Part shown: positions 8,767-18,514 of the stretch, piece by piece | Numbering within the stretch: position 1 is the first letter of the stretch | Layout of the letters: the number at the start of each line of letters is the position of its first letter | IMG/VR virus record: IMGVR_UViG_2887863138_000003 | Location: 9,185-73,184 of that record | Origin: a virus | Taxonomy: Duplodnaviria; Caudoviricetes | Length of the DNA stretch: 64,000 nucleotides | Reading direction: 5' to 3' (one strand) | The notes under the pieces: generated by a model | Told to the model about the DNA's origin: nothing | Seen by the model: only the letters and a program-made list of their open reading frames with translations | Databases searched by the model: none | Program-made: the position numbers and the translations under genes

Positions 8767-9199
8767 TATAGATCACCACCCGATCTTGAATGATATACGT
8801 TTGGCCCTCGTCAATAGACTGGATGATGACGCGATCGCCCGCTTTCAATTCGTCGGTAAACTCGATCTCGCCCTCGATAACCAACTCCGTGATATCGTGC
8901 ACGTGGGGCGTATAGCCTGCTCTCGTCATAACCTCGCGCACTGTCTCACTGGTTAAGGTAACCTTCCGTTTATGCCGCGTCAGATGCTCCGCAACAATCA
9001 AGTCTTCCGCTAACAGCTCAAGTTTTTCATCGTTATCGACTGTAACTCGTATAGCTGGCGGAGGAGCAACGACAGTGCCAAGCTCGATATCCACGTCCTT
9101 GTTGTATCCGATCTGTTGAATGAGCTGTCGAAACTGACTCGGACCTCCGCCTTCCAGCCGACTAGGCTCTTGGAGTCTTTTTGAGGATTTCGTCGACAA
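8756..9199 (-). CDS. Baseplate spike-like protein (DUF2577/XkdR-like)
   Basis: GTVV..PP.I.V, LK.GDRV......GQ.YII.DRV. Confidence 0.8.
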   Translation of the reverse strand: MSTKSSKRLQEPSRLEGGGPSQFRQLIQQIGYNKDVDIELGTVVAPPPAIRVTVDNDEKLELLAEDLIVAEHLTRHKRKVTLTSETVREVMTRAGYTPHVHDITELVIEGEIEFTDELKAGDRVIIQSIDEGQTYIIQDRVVIYNGA

Positions 9200-10229
9200 T
9201 AGATTTCCGCCCCTTTCGTTTCTTTCTTTTCTTCTTCGGCTTGTCTTCCGGTGGTGGATCGTATTTCAACGTTGGAAGATCGTCCGTCGCGCTCAACGTA
9301 AGTGACATCGTATGTTTGCCGCTCTCAAATGTGTGACTATCGGTTGAAACGCAGTAACCTCCGATGATCTCCGTCATTGATTCTTGTACATAGACGCCTA
9401 CCCCCGCGTACACGGTGTCAATCCCTAGCGCATTGACGGTCGCCTCGTCGTGTATGGTTCCGAGGTCTTTTAGGAGCTGTTTCGCTAACTGCTCGATTTG
9501 GGATCGGGTTTTATCCGAGTCAGCACTTTCGAGGTGCTGCATGATGCCGAACCGTTTTATGAGTGCGTCGTTTTTGACTACGGCCACCAACGGCTTTTTC
9601 TTGTTATCCCCGCCGGTCACCTTGACCTGTGTTCGTAGTTCTTCGATCGACTGCGAGTATGACGCGTCCAGTATATTAACGCCGTTTTCGAGTACCCACC
9701 GAACAGGCTGTTCTTTCCGCGATAACAGATTAAACTTGCCTTCCTTCGAGCAAATAAAAAAGCGCCGTCCGGTCTGCTTCTGCGTAACCGTTAGCGCTGT
9801 TATCATCATGTCCCATATGGATTTATTCCGGAGCACAAGCTTTGGTATTACGTATCCTGTATCGTCAATTTTACCGACTGCAATTCCGAACTGTTTGCAT
9901 AGTTTCTGCGCAATGGCACTCGCCTTCATTCCACGGAATATCTGCGTATCCTGATTCTTCGCAAGATAGATATTATCATCGTATGCCGTAACGCTCATGA
10001 TCCCGCGATCATTGATATTATGCTTGAACGTCAGACCCCGGAATAGTTCACGTCCATTACTGTAGAGACGTAACTCCTTGCCGAGTTCTACGGGGACAGC
10101 TTTTTTACGGCCGTCCACCGTGTTTACGAAAGATATTTCTAGGGTACGGGCTGGCTGCGTAATATCGCCGGACCATGTAGCACTTTGAACAACCATAGGC
10201 GCGCCGTCATAATGCACTTCCCACGTCAT
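9162..10229 (-). CDS. Baseplate hub protein (XkdQ-like)
   Basis: TWSGD..Q.AR.L, AYD...YL.KN, SQSIEEL.TQVKV. Confidence 0.85.
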   Translation of the reverse strand: MTWEVHYDGAPMVVQSATWSGDITQPARTLEISFVNTVDGRKKAVPVELGKELRLYSNGRELFRGLTFKHNINDRGIMSVTAYDDNIYLAKNQDTQIFRGMKASAIAQKLCKQFGIAVGKIDDTGYVIPKLVLRNKSIWDMMITALTVTQKQTGRRFFICSKEGKFNLLSRKEQPVRWVLENGVNILDASYSQSIEELRTQVKVTGGDNKKKPLVAVVKNDALIKRFGIMQHLESADSDKTRSQIEQLAKQLLKDLGTIHDEATVNALGIDTVYAGVGVYVQESMTEIIGGYCVSTDSHTFESGKHTMSLTLSATDDLPTLKYDPPPEDKPKKKRKKRKGRKSIVDEILKKTPRA

Positions 10230-10906
10230 ACTAACACCAACTTCTGACCCGGCTTTATTTTGTTGGGATCGGAACCAACAACGGCTTTGTTCTTGGCGTA
10301 GATGTCCCGTGTTTTAAGTCCGTATCTAGCCGCGATCACAGATAGGCAATCGCCTTTCTTTACGACATATGGCTTCGGAATCTCTTTCTTACCGCCTCTT
10401 GCGGCCGCCTTTTTCACTTTTGCCGTCGTTGCTGTACCGTTGCCTTTCTTCGCGCCCATGTCAACTTGACGGATGCTTGTGAACTTGTACTCTTTGAGGT
10501 CAAGATCGTAGTAGATATCACCGGGCGCCCCGTGTTTTTCGGGCACGATATCGAACCTGCGTATGGTGACCGCATAGTTTATCGGGGTTCCCGTAATCGT
10601 CAGGCGGCACGGCTTCCGGGAGTCGCGCCACCTCTCTAGCATCTCTCTAGCTGACCACGGATCGGGAAAGCCTTCGTACTCGCAATAGGACGGGTGGTAG
10701 TCGCGAGGAAAGAACGATGAAAACGAAAAGTCTCGCAACTTAGGATCACCGATAACGGTAAATTCACCTAAGTGCGAGACCTCAACGTCCTGATAGCCGA
10801 AATCGCTCGATATTTTAATAGACTCCGGATTAACCGGAAGTTGCAGGCGTTCCGCCCCGTTATTGTAAGAGAGCCAGAATTGAATACCGTTTGTAATCGT
10901 CATCAC
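10226..10906 (-). CDS. LysM-domain tail tube initiator (XkdP-like)
   Basis: LQLPVNPESI N-terminus; C-terminal LysM YVVKKGDCLS.IA...PGQKL. Confidence 0.9.
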   Translation of the reverse strand: MMTITNGIQFWLSYNNGAERLQLPVNPESIKISSDFGYQDVEVSHLGEFTVIGDPKLRDFSFSSFFPRDYHPSYCEYEGFPDPWSAREMLERWRDSRKPCRLTITGTPINYAVTIRRFDIVPEKHGAPGDIYYDLDLKEYKFTSIRQVDMGAKKGNGTATTAKVKKAAARGGKKEIPKPYVVKKGDCLSVIAARYGLKTRDIYAKNKAVVGSDPNKIKPGQKLVLV

Positions 10907-10919
10907 CTCGTTTACATAG

Positions 10920-10950
10920 AAAAAGACCCCTTAAAAGGGGTCTTTCTTTT
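10920..10950. terminator. Bidirectional intrinsic terminator
   Basis: AAAAAGACCCC-TTAAAA-GGGGTCTTTCTTTT. Confidence 0.75.
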
Positions 10951-11051
10951 TGTCGAATTATATTTCTTTATGTCAAATACATAAATATGCTATCATCAAA
11001 TATAGCAACAAGAAATCCACCATTAATACGCCTCGACGAAAGGAGGTGATA

Positions 11052-11123
11052 ATGATGAGCGAATACGAGTCTTTAAGTATAGCTATCCAACTAGCTGTAC
11101 TTATCGTAATGATCACTAAGTAG
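11052..11123 (+). CDS. Putative type I toxin, holin-like toxin (Hol_Tox)-type peptide, 23 aa
   Basis: AGGAGGTG RBS; MMSEYESLSIAIQLAVLIVMITK; antisense to the tail operon in an AT-rich moron. Confidence 0.7.
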   Translation: MMSEYESLSIAIQLAVLIVMITK

Positions 11124-11129
11124 TATATC

Positions 11130-11255
11130 TACTGTGTCATTTAACCATTTCAGGATTTGCATTGTCACAAGCTGAACCTTCCTTAAGAAAGGTCATAAGT
11201 GGGCCAACACTTATGGCTTTTTTCTTTACTCTACTTTGTAGAATAAATGACTACT
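11130..11255 (-). ncRNA. Putative antisense antitoxin RNA (ends approximate)
   Basis: Convergent sigmaA-like promoter TTGACA (11291-11286), 18 nt, TG-n-TAAATT (11267-11262); hairpin ATAAGTG-GGCCAA-CACTTAT shared with the toxin 3' UTR. Confidence 0.5.
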
Positions 11256-11405
11256 AGCAATAATTTATCATCAGTAATGACTTCTTGTCAATTATTTTTT
11301 ACAAAAAATTACGATGAAAATGTAACTACTCCTAATTATAGCCTAAACGTAGTGTTCCAAAACCATAAGGATAACTATCCTTCCCATAAATCCCGTCACC
11401 TCTGT

Positions 11406-13385
11406 TTACACCTGTTCGCTGATTTTACGTACCATAATCGACATGATCTTGTCTGCCGCTGTCTCTAAGTTTCCGTTGTAACCCTGTATGATAATGTCTC
11501 CAAACGAGATGTTTTTCACGCCGTTAGAGTCCTTGCCGTCGATCGTAAGGTTTCGTCGTCTATCGGATGGAGTGTTAGAAGCCTCTTCCTTGCTGGCTCG
11601 GTTTTCCTCTGCGGTCATTACCCTTTCGCCTTTATGCAAACGAGCTTGGTAGCCATCGAATGGTACGTAATCAAGGCCGCTGTAGTGAGAGCCGTCGTCC
11701 CCGACACCGATGTTACGACGTTCGCGGAAATCTCTCATCTTCTCTTGTTGAAGCGAGTAATCCATTTCGACTTCGGTTATTTTCGGGATATTGAGCGCGA
11801 ACTCTTGACCACCCATCAAGTCAGGCATTTTAAAGTTGAAGGCTTGGTTCATCGCGTCAATTAACGTATTTAACTTCCCGATTACCCAGTTCACTCCGGT
11901 CGCAAACGTGTTTTTGATAGTAACCCACATGGAATGGCCTGCTTCTTTCACGGTCTCCCAATTCTTAACCAGTAGATACCCCGCCCCGACTAACGTACCT
12001 ATACCGACAACTAATAGTCCTATCGGGTTAGCATTAGCCGCGGTATTAAACGCCCATTGTGCGGCTGTTGCCGTTAACATTACGGCTTTATAGGTAGCCC
12101 ATGCCGTAGTAGCTCCGACAACCAATGGTCCCACAATTTCAAGTACGTCTTTAGTCGTTTTCCCCCATTTTTCCGCCTCTTTACTTCCGAGCCACTTGTT
12201 GAAGACGGAGGCCGCATTCGCTCCCTTTTCCGCGAGGTCCTTTAAGGTAGGGAGTAACGGAGTGAACACTTCTATCTTTAATCCTTCCAGTGCGGATTCC
12301 AATTGCACAAGCGAACCGTTAAAGTTATCGAGTTGTACTTTCGATACCCTCCCGGCTGTTCCCCCGCTGTTCTCTAATTCCTTCGTAAATTTTCGTAGCT
12401 TATCGGGGCCCGCATCCATCAACGCTAGAAATCCGCTACCAGCTTCCATACCCGCGATTATGCCAGAAAGCGCCGTTTTCTGTTCGCTGGTCATGCCTTT
12501 CATTGCGTTCTGGAGGTCTTCGAGGATCGTGGCAAGCGATTTCATCTTGCCTCCGCTATCAAACAGTTTAACGCCGAGCTTATCGAACGCTTCTGCGGCC
12601 TCTTTCGGAGGCTTCGCAAAACGGGCGAATAGTCCCCGTAACGTAGTACCCGCTTGTTCCGCTTGGATACCCGCATTACCGAGGATACCCGCCGCGGCCG
12701 CCGTTTCTTCTAACGACACACCGAGCGCTTTCGCCCAAGGAGCCGCGTACTTCATCGTGTAACCGAGCATTTGAAGGTCAACGTTAGCTGACGTAAACGC
12801 CTTCGTAAGCACGTCGGCCACACGTCCTGTATCTCCTGCCGCGATACCAAAACCGGAGAGGATATTCGAGACGATATCGGCGGTTGTTCCGAGGTCTGTT
12901 TGGCCCGCCGCGGCCGCATCGAGAAGTCCGGGCATGGCCGCTATGATTTCGTTAGTTTTATAGCCTGCCATCGCGAGGAACTGCATACCTTCGGCGGCTT
13001 GACTTGCGCTGAATACCGTAGAGGCGCCGAGCTCTTTGGCTTTCGTGGTTAGTTTCGCAAGGTCTCCGGCGCTAGCGCTGGAAAGGGCCGCAACACGGGA
13101 CATTGAGCTTTCGAAGTCTGCCGCCGTTTTGATCCCGTCAAAGGCCGTACCGACAGCGACTACTGCGCCCGCCACCATCTTAAGCTTGCCGAGAAGATTC
13201 GGAAGTCCCCCCGAGAAATTATTCACCGATTGCGTGGCGGCATTTTGGGCATTACGATAGGAGCCGGTAGATGCGGCAACCTTTTTCACCGATAAGTTCG
13301 TCCGCTCGAGTTCCGAAGACACTCGGCGGAGGGTCGGGGTCATCACGTCCACAATCCGTAATCGGCCGACTAGATCAAACGCCAT
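11406..13385 (-). CDS. Tape measure protein
   Basis: 659 aa, TP901-type core (FESSMS.V.A, T.FSA..AAEGM..LA.AG), Ala-rich helices. Confidence 0.95.
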   Translation of the reverse strand: MAFDLVGRLRIVDVMTPTLRRVSSELERTNLSVKKVAASTGSYRNAQNAATQSVNNFSGGLPNLLGKLKMVAGAVVAVGTAFDGIKTAADFESSMSRVAALSSASAGDLAKLTTKAKELGASTVFSASQAAEGMQFLAMAGYKTNEIIAAMPGLLDAAAAGQTDLGTTADIVSNILSGFGIAAGDTGRVADVLTKAFTSANVDLQMLGYTMKYAAPWAKALGVSLEETAAAAGILGNAGIQAEQAGTTLRGLFARFAKPPKEAAEAFDKLGVKLFDSGGKMKSLATILEDLQNAMKGMTSEQKTALSGIIAGMEAGSGFLALMDAGPDKLRKFTKELENSGGTAGRVSKVQLDNFNGSLVQLESALEGLKIEVFTPLLPTLKDLAEKGANAASVFNKWLGSKEAEKWGKTTKDVLEIVGPLVVGATTAWATYKAVMLTATAAQWAFNTAANANPIGLLVVGIGTLVGAGYLLVKNWETVKEAGHSMWVTIKNTFATGVNWVIGKLNTLIDAMNQAFNFKMPDLMGGQEFALNIPKITEVEMDYSLQQEKMRDFRERRNIGVGDDGSHYSGLDYVPFDGYQARLHKGERVMTAEENRASKEEASNTPSDRRRNLTIDGKDSNGVKNISFGDIIIQGYNGNLETAADKIMSIMVRKISEQV

Positions 13386-13387
13386 GA

Positions 13388-13567
13388 TTAGCCGCCCCCT
13401 TCCTTATTCAACGCCGCAATCTCGTCTTCGACGACCACCTCTGTGGAGGCGTACATAAAGATGCGCTCACCTCTTGGCGCGTTATAAATGTAGGCCGGCG
13501 GGAGGCCTTGTCGTTGGAATATCGTGTGTATAACGAAAGCCTCGCCTCCCGCGCGTATTAGTTTTTT
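13388..13567 (-). CDS. -1 frameshift extension of the tail assembly chaperone
   Basis: Slippery A-AAA-AAC at 13567-13561 before the chaperone stop; -1 frame open for KLIRAGGEAFVIH...NKEGGG, ending just before the tape measure start. Confidence 0.8.
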   Translation of the reverse strand, partial: KKLIRAGGEAFVIHTIFQRQGLPPAYIYNAPRGERIFMYASTEVVVEDEIAALNKEGGG

Positions 13568-13923
13568 ACTTGGTCAACCGCTGTTCCAATGTCATACCCA
13601 GATAAGTCTAAAATCTCAGAGACAAGCTTAATCCTTTCGCCCGGAAGTAACGTCTTTTCAACAACTTTTACAGGGTCTTGTGTCTCATATTTCGCGAGTA
13701 AATCCGGATGTGACCAGTCTGGTTCAATCGTTGCTTTTTGTATCATTATTAGTGCTTTCTTAGTCTGATCGACCGTCTTCCCAAACGTCGCTCTTTCTTG
13801 GCTATCTTCGATTTCTTGATCATCAAGAGCACGGATACGGAATGTCCCAAATCGTTTCAGTGGCACTTCTTTTTCGGGTTTTTTATCAGCATCAAGCAGG
13901 GCTTTTAATAGATCGTCTGTCAT
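13558..13923 (-). CDS. Tail assembly chaperone (XkdN-like)
   Basis: Between tube and tape measure; LLPGE..KL...IL.LSGY motif. Confidence 0.85.
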   Translation of the reverse strand: MTDDLLKALLDADKKPEKEVPLKRFGTFRIRALDDQEIEDSQERATFGKTVDQTKKALIMIQKATIEPDWSHPDLLAKYETQDPVKVVEKTLLPGERIKLVSEILDLSGYDIGTAVDQVKN

Positions 13924-13942
13924 GTAATCATCCTCCTAATTT

Positions 13943-14389
13943 TTACTCCTCCTCAATGAAATCTAGGAACTCGTAATCTTCAAAAACAAAAGGCCACTCC
14001 GTCTCGACGGGTGACCCATGCTCAAATTTCATTACATCAATTTTGGTAAACTGGACGCCCTTTGCGAGTACTCGCTCGGCACCGTATGCCTCGGGATCAT
14101 CGAGTTTCATAACGAGCTGGCAAACGAAGGCCCCGGCACGGTCGTCCATGATCTGTCCTATCTTACGAGCAAATGCGGACGATATCTTGTATCCGCGAAT
14201 AGAACCGGTACACTCGATACTCATCGGCTTGTTCCCGGCTTTGCGGCTACCGGATCGCTTAATCTTCTCATATTGAATCTCAACGGATAACTCACCCGCA
14301 TTGAAATTCGCCAGCCACACGCCGTCCATCCAGATTTCGCCGAACGAACCACTTAGGACGCGGTTGGATTCTAGTAAATTTTTCGCCAT
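13943..14389 (-). CDS. Tail tube protein (XkdM-like)
   Basis: RVLSGSFGE.W.DG, KLDDP.A.GAERV, E.E.PF.FEDYE.LD. Confidence 0.9.
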   Translation of the reverse strand: MAKNLLESNRVLSGSFGEIWMDGVWLANFNAGELSVEIQYEKIKRSGSRKAGNKPMSIECTGSIRGYKISSAFARKIGQIMDDRAGAFVCQLVMKLDDPEAYGAERVLAKGVQFTKIDVMKFEHGSPVETEWPFVFEDYEFLDFIEEE

Positions 14390-14403
14390 CTATACTTACC
14401 TCC

Positions 14404-15441
14404 CTATACGTGGATTCGTAGGAAGATGCGTTCCATACTATCGGTCTCTGTATAAGCGATGTACAAATATACCGCGTCTCCCTTCGATTCAAATTCGGGG
14501 TCTAACGTTACAACGGGGTCTTCGAGGACATTCGCTTTACCTAATCGTTCTAGGTACGCTTTGATCGCCGCAATTAAGGCTGCCTGCCCGTCTCGATTGT
14601 TATCGATTTTCCCGATGTAGTCGCTCGCGGCCGTTTTCACGATATCCGTATTAATCGCTTGTCGTCCGCGAATCTTACGTATCTTGGCACCACTCGTTAA
14701 TTGTCCTTTTTCAACGATCACGTAATCACCGTTGTGTACGAGGACAAGCGAACCCGCTTCGAGTGCTTCGTCGATCTGTGCGTTCGTAAGACGTTTGTTA
14801 ACGTCGTCTAACGGTAGCCTTGCGTACGTAATCGACTTATTGATCGGTGTACCTGCGATTAAGCCGGCAATGTACGTCGCGTACTCACAAGACGGGTACT
14901 CCTTGCCGTTGACTACGCCGCCGACAATCAGGTTAGCTACGTAGCTATCCGCTATCTTCTTACTGCGCGCGTTCCCTACTTTCGGATCAGCATCATCTGC
15001 CGCCGTACCGCCTGTGACGTATACGAAATGCTTGCCTTCCGCACGATTGCGTTTTACCCACGTTACTGTCGCGTCAATCTCAGCCGAATCCACAGCTCCG
15101 TCGTATGCAAACACGTTAAATGCTCGTGTATCAAAGGAATCGCGCATCTCAATAAATGCCTCTGCCGTTTGCTCCTTCGGCATGGTGTAAACGAGCACTT
15201 GCCTTGCTCCGCCTTGCAAAACGAAACGAATGGACTGAATATTGGTGACGCCGAACAAGTCAACCGCTTGCTTTTCGGTCTCAATCGTGTAGAACGTCTT
15301 TTCTGTCGCTTTTGCTCCGTACTTCATAAGTGGAATTGCAACAATACCACGAGCACCGCCTCGAATCTGTGATGCCGCGGCTTCCACGTACATCAAATAG
15401 AGCCCGGGACGGGTCGGCTCATTAAGTGGGTCCCATTCCAT
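14404..15441 (-). CDS. Tail sheath protein (XkdK-like, short form)
   Basis: RPG.Y..Y, GARG.VA.P, IAGLIAG...N.SITY, KIR.IR motifs; 345 aa. Confidence 0.9.
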   Translation of the reverse strand: MEWDPLNEPTRPGLYLMYVEAAASQIRGGARGIVAIPLMKYGAKATEKTFYTIETEKQAVDLFGVTNIQSIRFVLQGGARQVLVYTMPKEQTAEAFIEMRDSFDTRAFNVFAYDGAVDSAEIDATVTWVKRNRAEGKHFVYVTGGTAADDADPKVGNARSKKIADSYVANLIVGGVVNGKEYPSCEYATYIAGLIAGTPINKSITYARLPLDDVNKRLTNAQIDEALEAGSLVLVHNGDYVIVEKGQLTSGAKIRKIRGRQAINTDIVKTAASDYIGKIDNNRDGQAALIAAIKAYLERLGKANVLEDPVVTLDPEFESKGDAVYLYIAYTETDSMERIFLRIHV

Positions 15442-15455
15442 CGCGTTACCTCCTT

Positions 15456-15902
15456 TTATCGGGCTTCAAATCGCCCGTATACGTGCATAATCTTGTCGTA
15501 CTGTTCTTGCGTTCTTGCCTCGCGTACCTCCGTTGATAACACGCCTAATCGTGCGTAGAGGCCGCCCTCCGTCTTGAATGTCGTTGAAAAAGAAAAAGAC
15601 CCGATACGGATATACCGCTTCGAGTCTTTCATTGGGATTAATGTAGTTCCATCGTTTGCTTTACGTTCGATTACGTCCATTTTTGCTAGGACATCCTGCG
15701 CATCAACACCGTATACCACGATCTGATAGTCGCGATCAATCCGGTAGTGATAACGCGTCTCGGACTCAGAATCGGAGGACAGGAGCCGGACGACTACGTT
15801 ATTTTTCGCAGGCTTGTCAGGTACCTCGTATTTCAACGCGATCGAAGGTAAAACCGCCTTTATAAACTCGCCCACTGATTCCTGTTCAACAAGTGCGGAC
15901 AT
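15456..15902 (-). CDS. Tail terminator/neck protein
   Basis: Synteny between gp10-like gene and sheath. Confidence 0.6.
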   Translation of the reverse strand: MSALVEQESVGEFIKAVLPSIALKYEVPDKPAKNNVVVRLLSSDSESETRYHYRIDRDYQIVVYGVDAQDVLAKMDVIERKANDGTTLIPMKDSKRYIRIGSFSFSTTFKTEGGLYARLGVLSTEVREARTQEQYDKIMHVYGRFEAR

Positions 15903-15915
15903 CGTACCACCTCCG

Positions 15916-16332
15916 TTAGAAACCTAGTCTCTGGACTTCCGCTTTTACTCCGTCTTCAATGTCTTTTAGCCACTTCTGCTTATGTTCGTCGGCCGGAGCA
16001 TCTATAAACTTCGCAACAGTGCCGGGAGTTGTCGGATTCTTGATGTCGCCTTTTACCTCGTGAATGTAGTAAGCGTAATTAAAATTCGGCCACTTGGGTG
16101 TGTTTTCTATTGCAACGGCCGAAATCTCACCGCTTACCTCACCGTTTTTCTGCCGGACCTCCGTACTAATGCCGCGCCGTAGCGTGCCTTTGTCTAAAGG
16201 AGCAACGTCTACTGACTCCGCTTTCCATTCATCCATTGCATCGTGCATACCACGTTTGGTCGCGGCGAATACGACATCAGGCGTTCGCTGAATCGCGTCC
16301 TTAAATGCCCGCATGTCAAGTTCGAATTCCAT
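15916..16332 (-). CDS. HK97 gp10-like neck protein
   Basis: APLDKGTLRR, NYAYYIHE motifs. Confidence 0.8.
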   Translation of the reverse strand: MEFELDMRAFKDAIQRTPDVVFAATKRGMHDAMDEWKAESVDVAPLDKGTLRRGISTEVRQKNGEVSGEISAVAIENTPKWPNFNYAYYIHEVKGDIKNPTTPGTVAKFIDAPADEHKQKWLKDIEDGVKAEVQRLGF

Positions 16333-16334
16333 AG

Positions 16335-16700
16335 TTACAGTGACACCTCCGTTAAGATAGGCTTGCCGCCAATATCGCGCTTAATCTCAATAGCTAACGG
16401 GCTATACTGGCGTACTCTGCCGAGCTCGTCGGTGAACTCGATCCGGTCTTGGTCAGTGATAGGCGCAAGCTTGTCACAAAGCACCTGCGCAGAGGACACG
16501 ACTTCCTGTGACGTAACGCCGTGTACACCGCCTTGATTCGTTTGTGCCCGGACAAGCTTCGTCTTCTCTTGTATCCGGCAACGTAACGAAAAAGGATCGC
16601 CGTATACCGGTCGATCCCATTCGTCTGTCTTCGGATTGCCCTCGTCGTCTAGCAACGCAGGGTAAACCGTTATTTTGTTTCGCATTGGCACCAAAGGCAT
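16335..16700 (-). CDS. Head closure/head-tail adaptor
   Basis: DEWDRP.YG.P..LRCR..E motif; synteny. Confidence 0.65.
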   Translation of the reverse strand: MPLVPMRNKITVYPALLDDEGNPKTDEWDRPVYGDPFSLRCRIQEKTKLVRAQTNQGGVHGVTSQEVVSSAQVLCDKLAPITDQDRIEFTDELGRVRQYSPLAIEIKRDIGGKPILTEVSL

Positions 16701-17084
16701 TTATAACACGCTCCATCCTACGCCGCGATTCCCGAGCTTCACGTCATTTTCCGCCCCGATTAGTTCACGACTTATTGGCGGTATCAGATCGACTAGCTCT
16801 CTCGGTTTGTCGCGGAATGTAAAGGATGCTACACCGGATAACGAAAACGCACTGACGCCGTTATGGGCTTGCCGTAACGTGTCGTTAAACTCTCGGGCCA
16901 ATACTGCCGCGAACTCATATACAGCCGCATCCGGTACTGTATATTTCGGGTATGCAGACGCTAGTGTACGTGACGCGACGTTAATTATCCGTTGTTTTCT
17001 CGCTTCGTCACAGTCCGTCCAGTCCTCGATATCAATAACATTTACGTCAATATAATCGTCTGCGGCTTCGATTGATAACGTCAT
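16701..17084 (-). CDS. Head-tail connector protein
   Basis: A..YI......EDW...D...K..I...A, GV..FSLSG.ASFTF. Confidence 0.65.
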   Translation of the reverse strand: MTLSIEAADDYIDVNVIDIEDWTDCDEARKQRIINVASRTLASAYPKYTVPDAAVYEFAAVLAREFNDTLRQAHNGVSAFSLSGVASFTFRDKPRELVDLIPPISRELIGAENDVKLGNRGVGWSVL

Positions 17085-17102
17085 AGGGAAACACCTCCGG
17101 TT

Positions 17103-17321
17103 TTATTCGGAGGCTTTGCCACGTCCCTTTTTGGCGGGCTGTGCGGCGGGTTCCTCCGTATGAGTTACGTCATCTGTACGTTTGACCCATTCGGGGGCCA
17201 ACGCGTCTAACATAGCAATTTCGTCTTCTTTTTCGGTTGAATACGTACCGAAGAAGTTAAACTTGACGCGGACATCGCCACTATCAACTTCATAGAACGG
17301 GGATGCTTTATAATCAGCCAT
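17103..17321 (-). CDS. Hypothetical head-associated protein
   Basis: 72 aa after the capsid gene with GGAGG RBS. Confidence 0.6.
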   Translation of the reverse strand: MADYKASPFYEVDSGDVRVKFNFFGTYSTEKEDEIAMLDALAPEWVKRTDDVTHTEEPAAQPAKKGRGKASE

Positions 17322-17332
17322 TTGTTACCTCC

Positions 17333-18451
17333 TTACGATACCGATGTGGAGATATTTTCGAGAATTGCAATCTTCTCTTTTGCGTTCTTTACCTTAACGC
17401 CGTACTCACCACGAATTTGGCGAGCTACAAAGTCAGCTCCTGGTACACCCGCATCTACATCGTACAGCGCACGACCTTGCAACGGATGCATCGACAAGAT
17501 AGTTCGATCGAAAAGAGCTACCTTATTTTTCGGGAAGTTCGGATCAACGATAATAGTCGCTTCACCGCCACCTACGATGTCGGAGACGAAAGTAGAGATT
17601 CGGTGACCAGTAGTGGTATCTTGACGCTCAGTGCGAATTGTATTAGATGCTAGCTTCGAAATTTGACGTGCGCCCGCAGTGTTCGTAAGGATCGTGTTAA
17701 CGTTACCGCCGCGCAAATAAACTTCCTCCATCAAATCGTTGATGACCTTAGCGTCGATCTCCTTACCGCTTAAGTTCTTTTTAGCAGCGCCCTTCTTATC
17801 CGCGTAATACAATAGACCACCGCTCATGCTCGGTGTGCCCTTGTTACCCATAATTTTACGACCGTAGATTAGAGTATCGTTCATCTCGCGGGACATCTCT
17901 TGCAAGCGTAACTCAACTTGGTAGTTTAATTCGTCGGTGACGTTGTGGGTACGAACTGCCATTTGCGTATTGGAGACGGATGCATATCGTTCATAGATTT
18001 GCGTGTAGTTATCATCAACGTAGCGATCGTGACCCTCGTCTTGACCTACGCCAGCCCCTTGCAATTGCGGTCGAGCTACGATTCGAAGTTCTGCTCCAGC
18101 TTTTAGAGCCCCCGCCGTAGTTCCGTCAAATCCACGAATTACAGTAACCTCATCGCCGGCAACAGCAGTTACTTTCATGTATTCTTCGCCAGCTACCACG
18201 ATTGCGTTAATGCGGAATTTCTCACCGTCGCTATCGTTTACGACCAATTGGGTATCTGTAGCCGTAACATCTGCCTTTACGTTGGCGCGGTTCGAGTTGA
18301 GGTTATCTGACATCCACTCAAATTTCGTCTGCGTTAGTGGCTCGCCATTTAGACCTACCAAACCTAGTAGAGTAGGTGAGTCATTGATAATTAGATCAAT
18401 ACCTGCTGATAGTTCACGTACTTGGTCTTTAAAATCATAAGTAAATAGCAT
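17333..18451 (-). CDS. Major capsid protein (DUF5309/SU10-like)
   Basis: T.FEWM.D.L, NYTQI......VS.TQ, .GEYG..V.N motifs; follows scaffold. Confidence 0.85.
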   Translation of the reverse strand: MLFTYDFKDQVRELSAGIDLIINDSPTLLGLVGLNGEPLTQTKFEWMSDNLNSNRANVKADVTATDTQLVVNDSDGEKFRINAIVVAGEEYMKVTAVAGDEVTVIRGFDGTTAGALKAGAELRIVARPQLQGAGVGQDEGHDRYVDDNYTQIYERYASVSNTQMAVRTHNVTDELNYQVELRLQEMSREMNDTLIYGRKIMGNKGTPSMSGGLLYYADKKGAAKKNLSGKEIDAKVINDLMEEVYLRGGNVNTILTNTAGARQISKLASNTIRTERQDTTTGHRISTFVSDIVGGGEATIIVDPNFPKNKVALFDRTILSMHPLQGRALYDVDAGVPGADFVARQIRGEYGVKVKNAKEKIAILENISTSVS

Positions 18452-18514
18452 TAATGGGATTCCTCCTTGTTTTTGGGTATTAAAAAAACCACCGCTAATA
18501 GACCGGTGGTGTAG

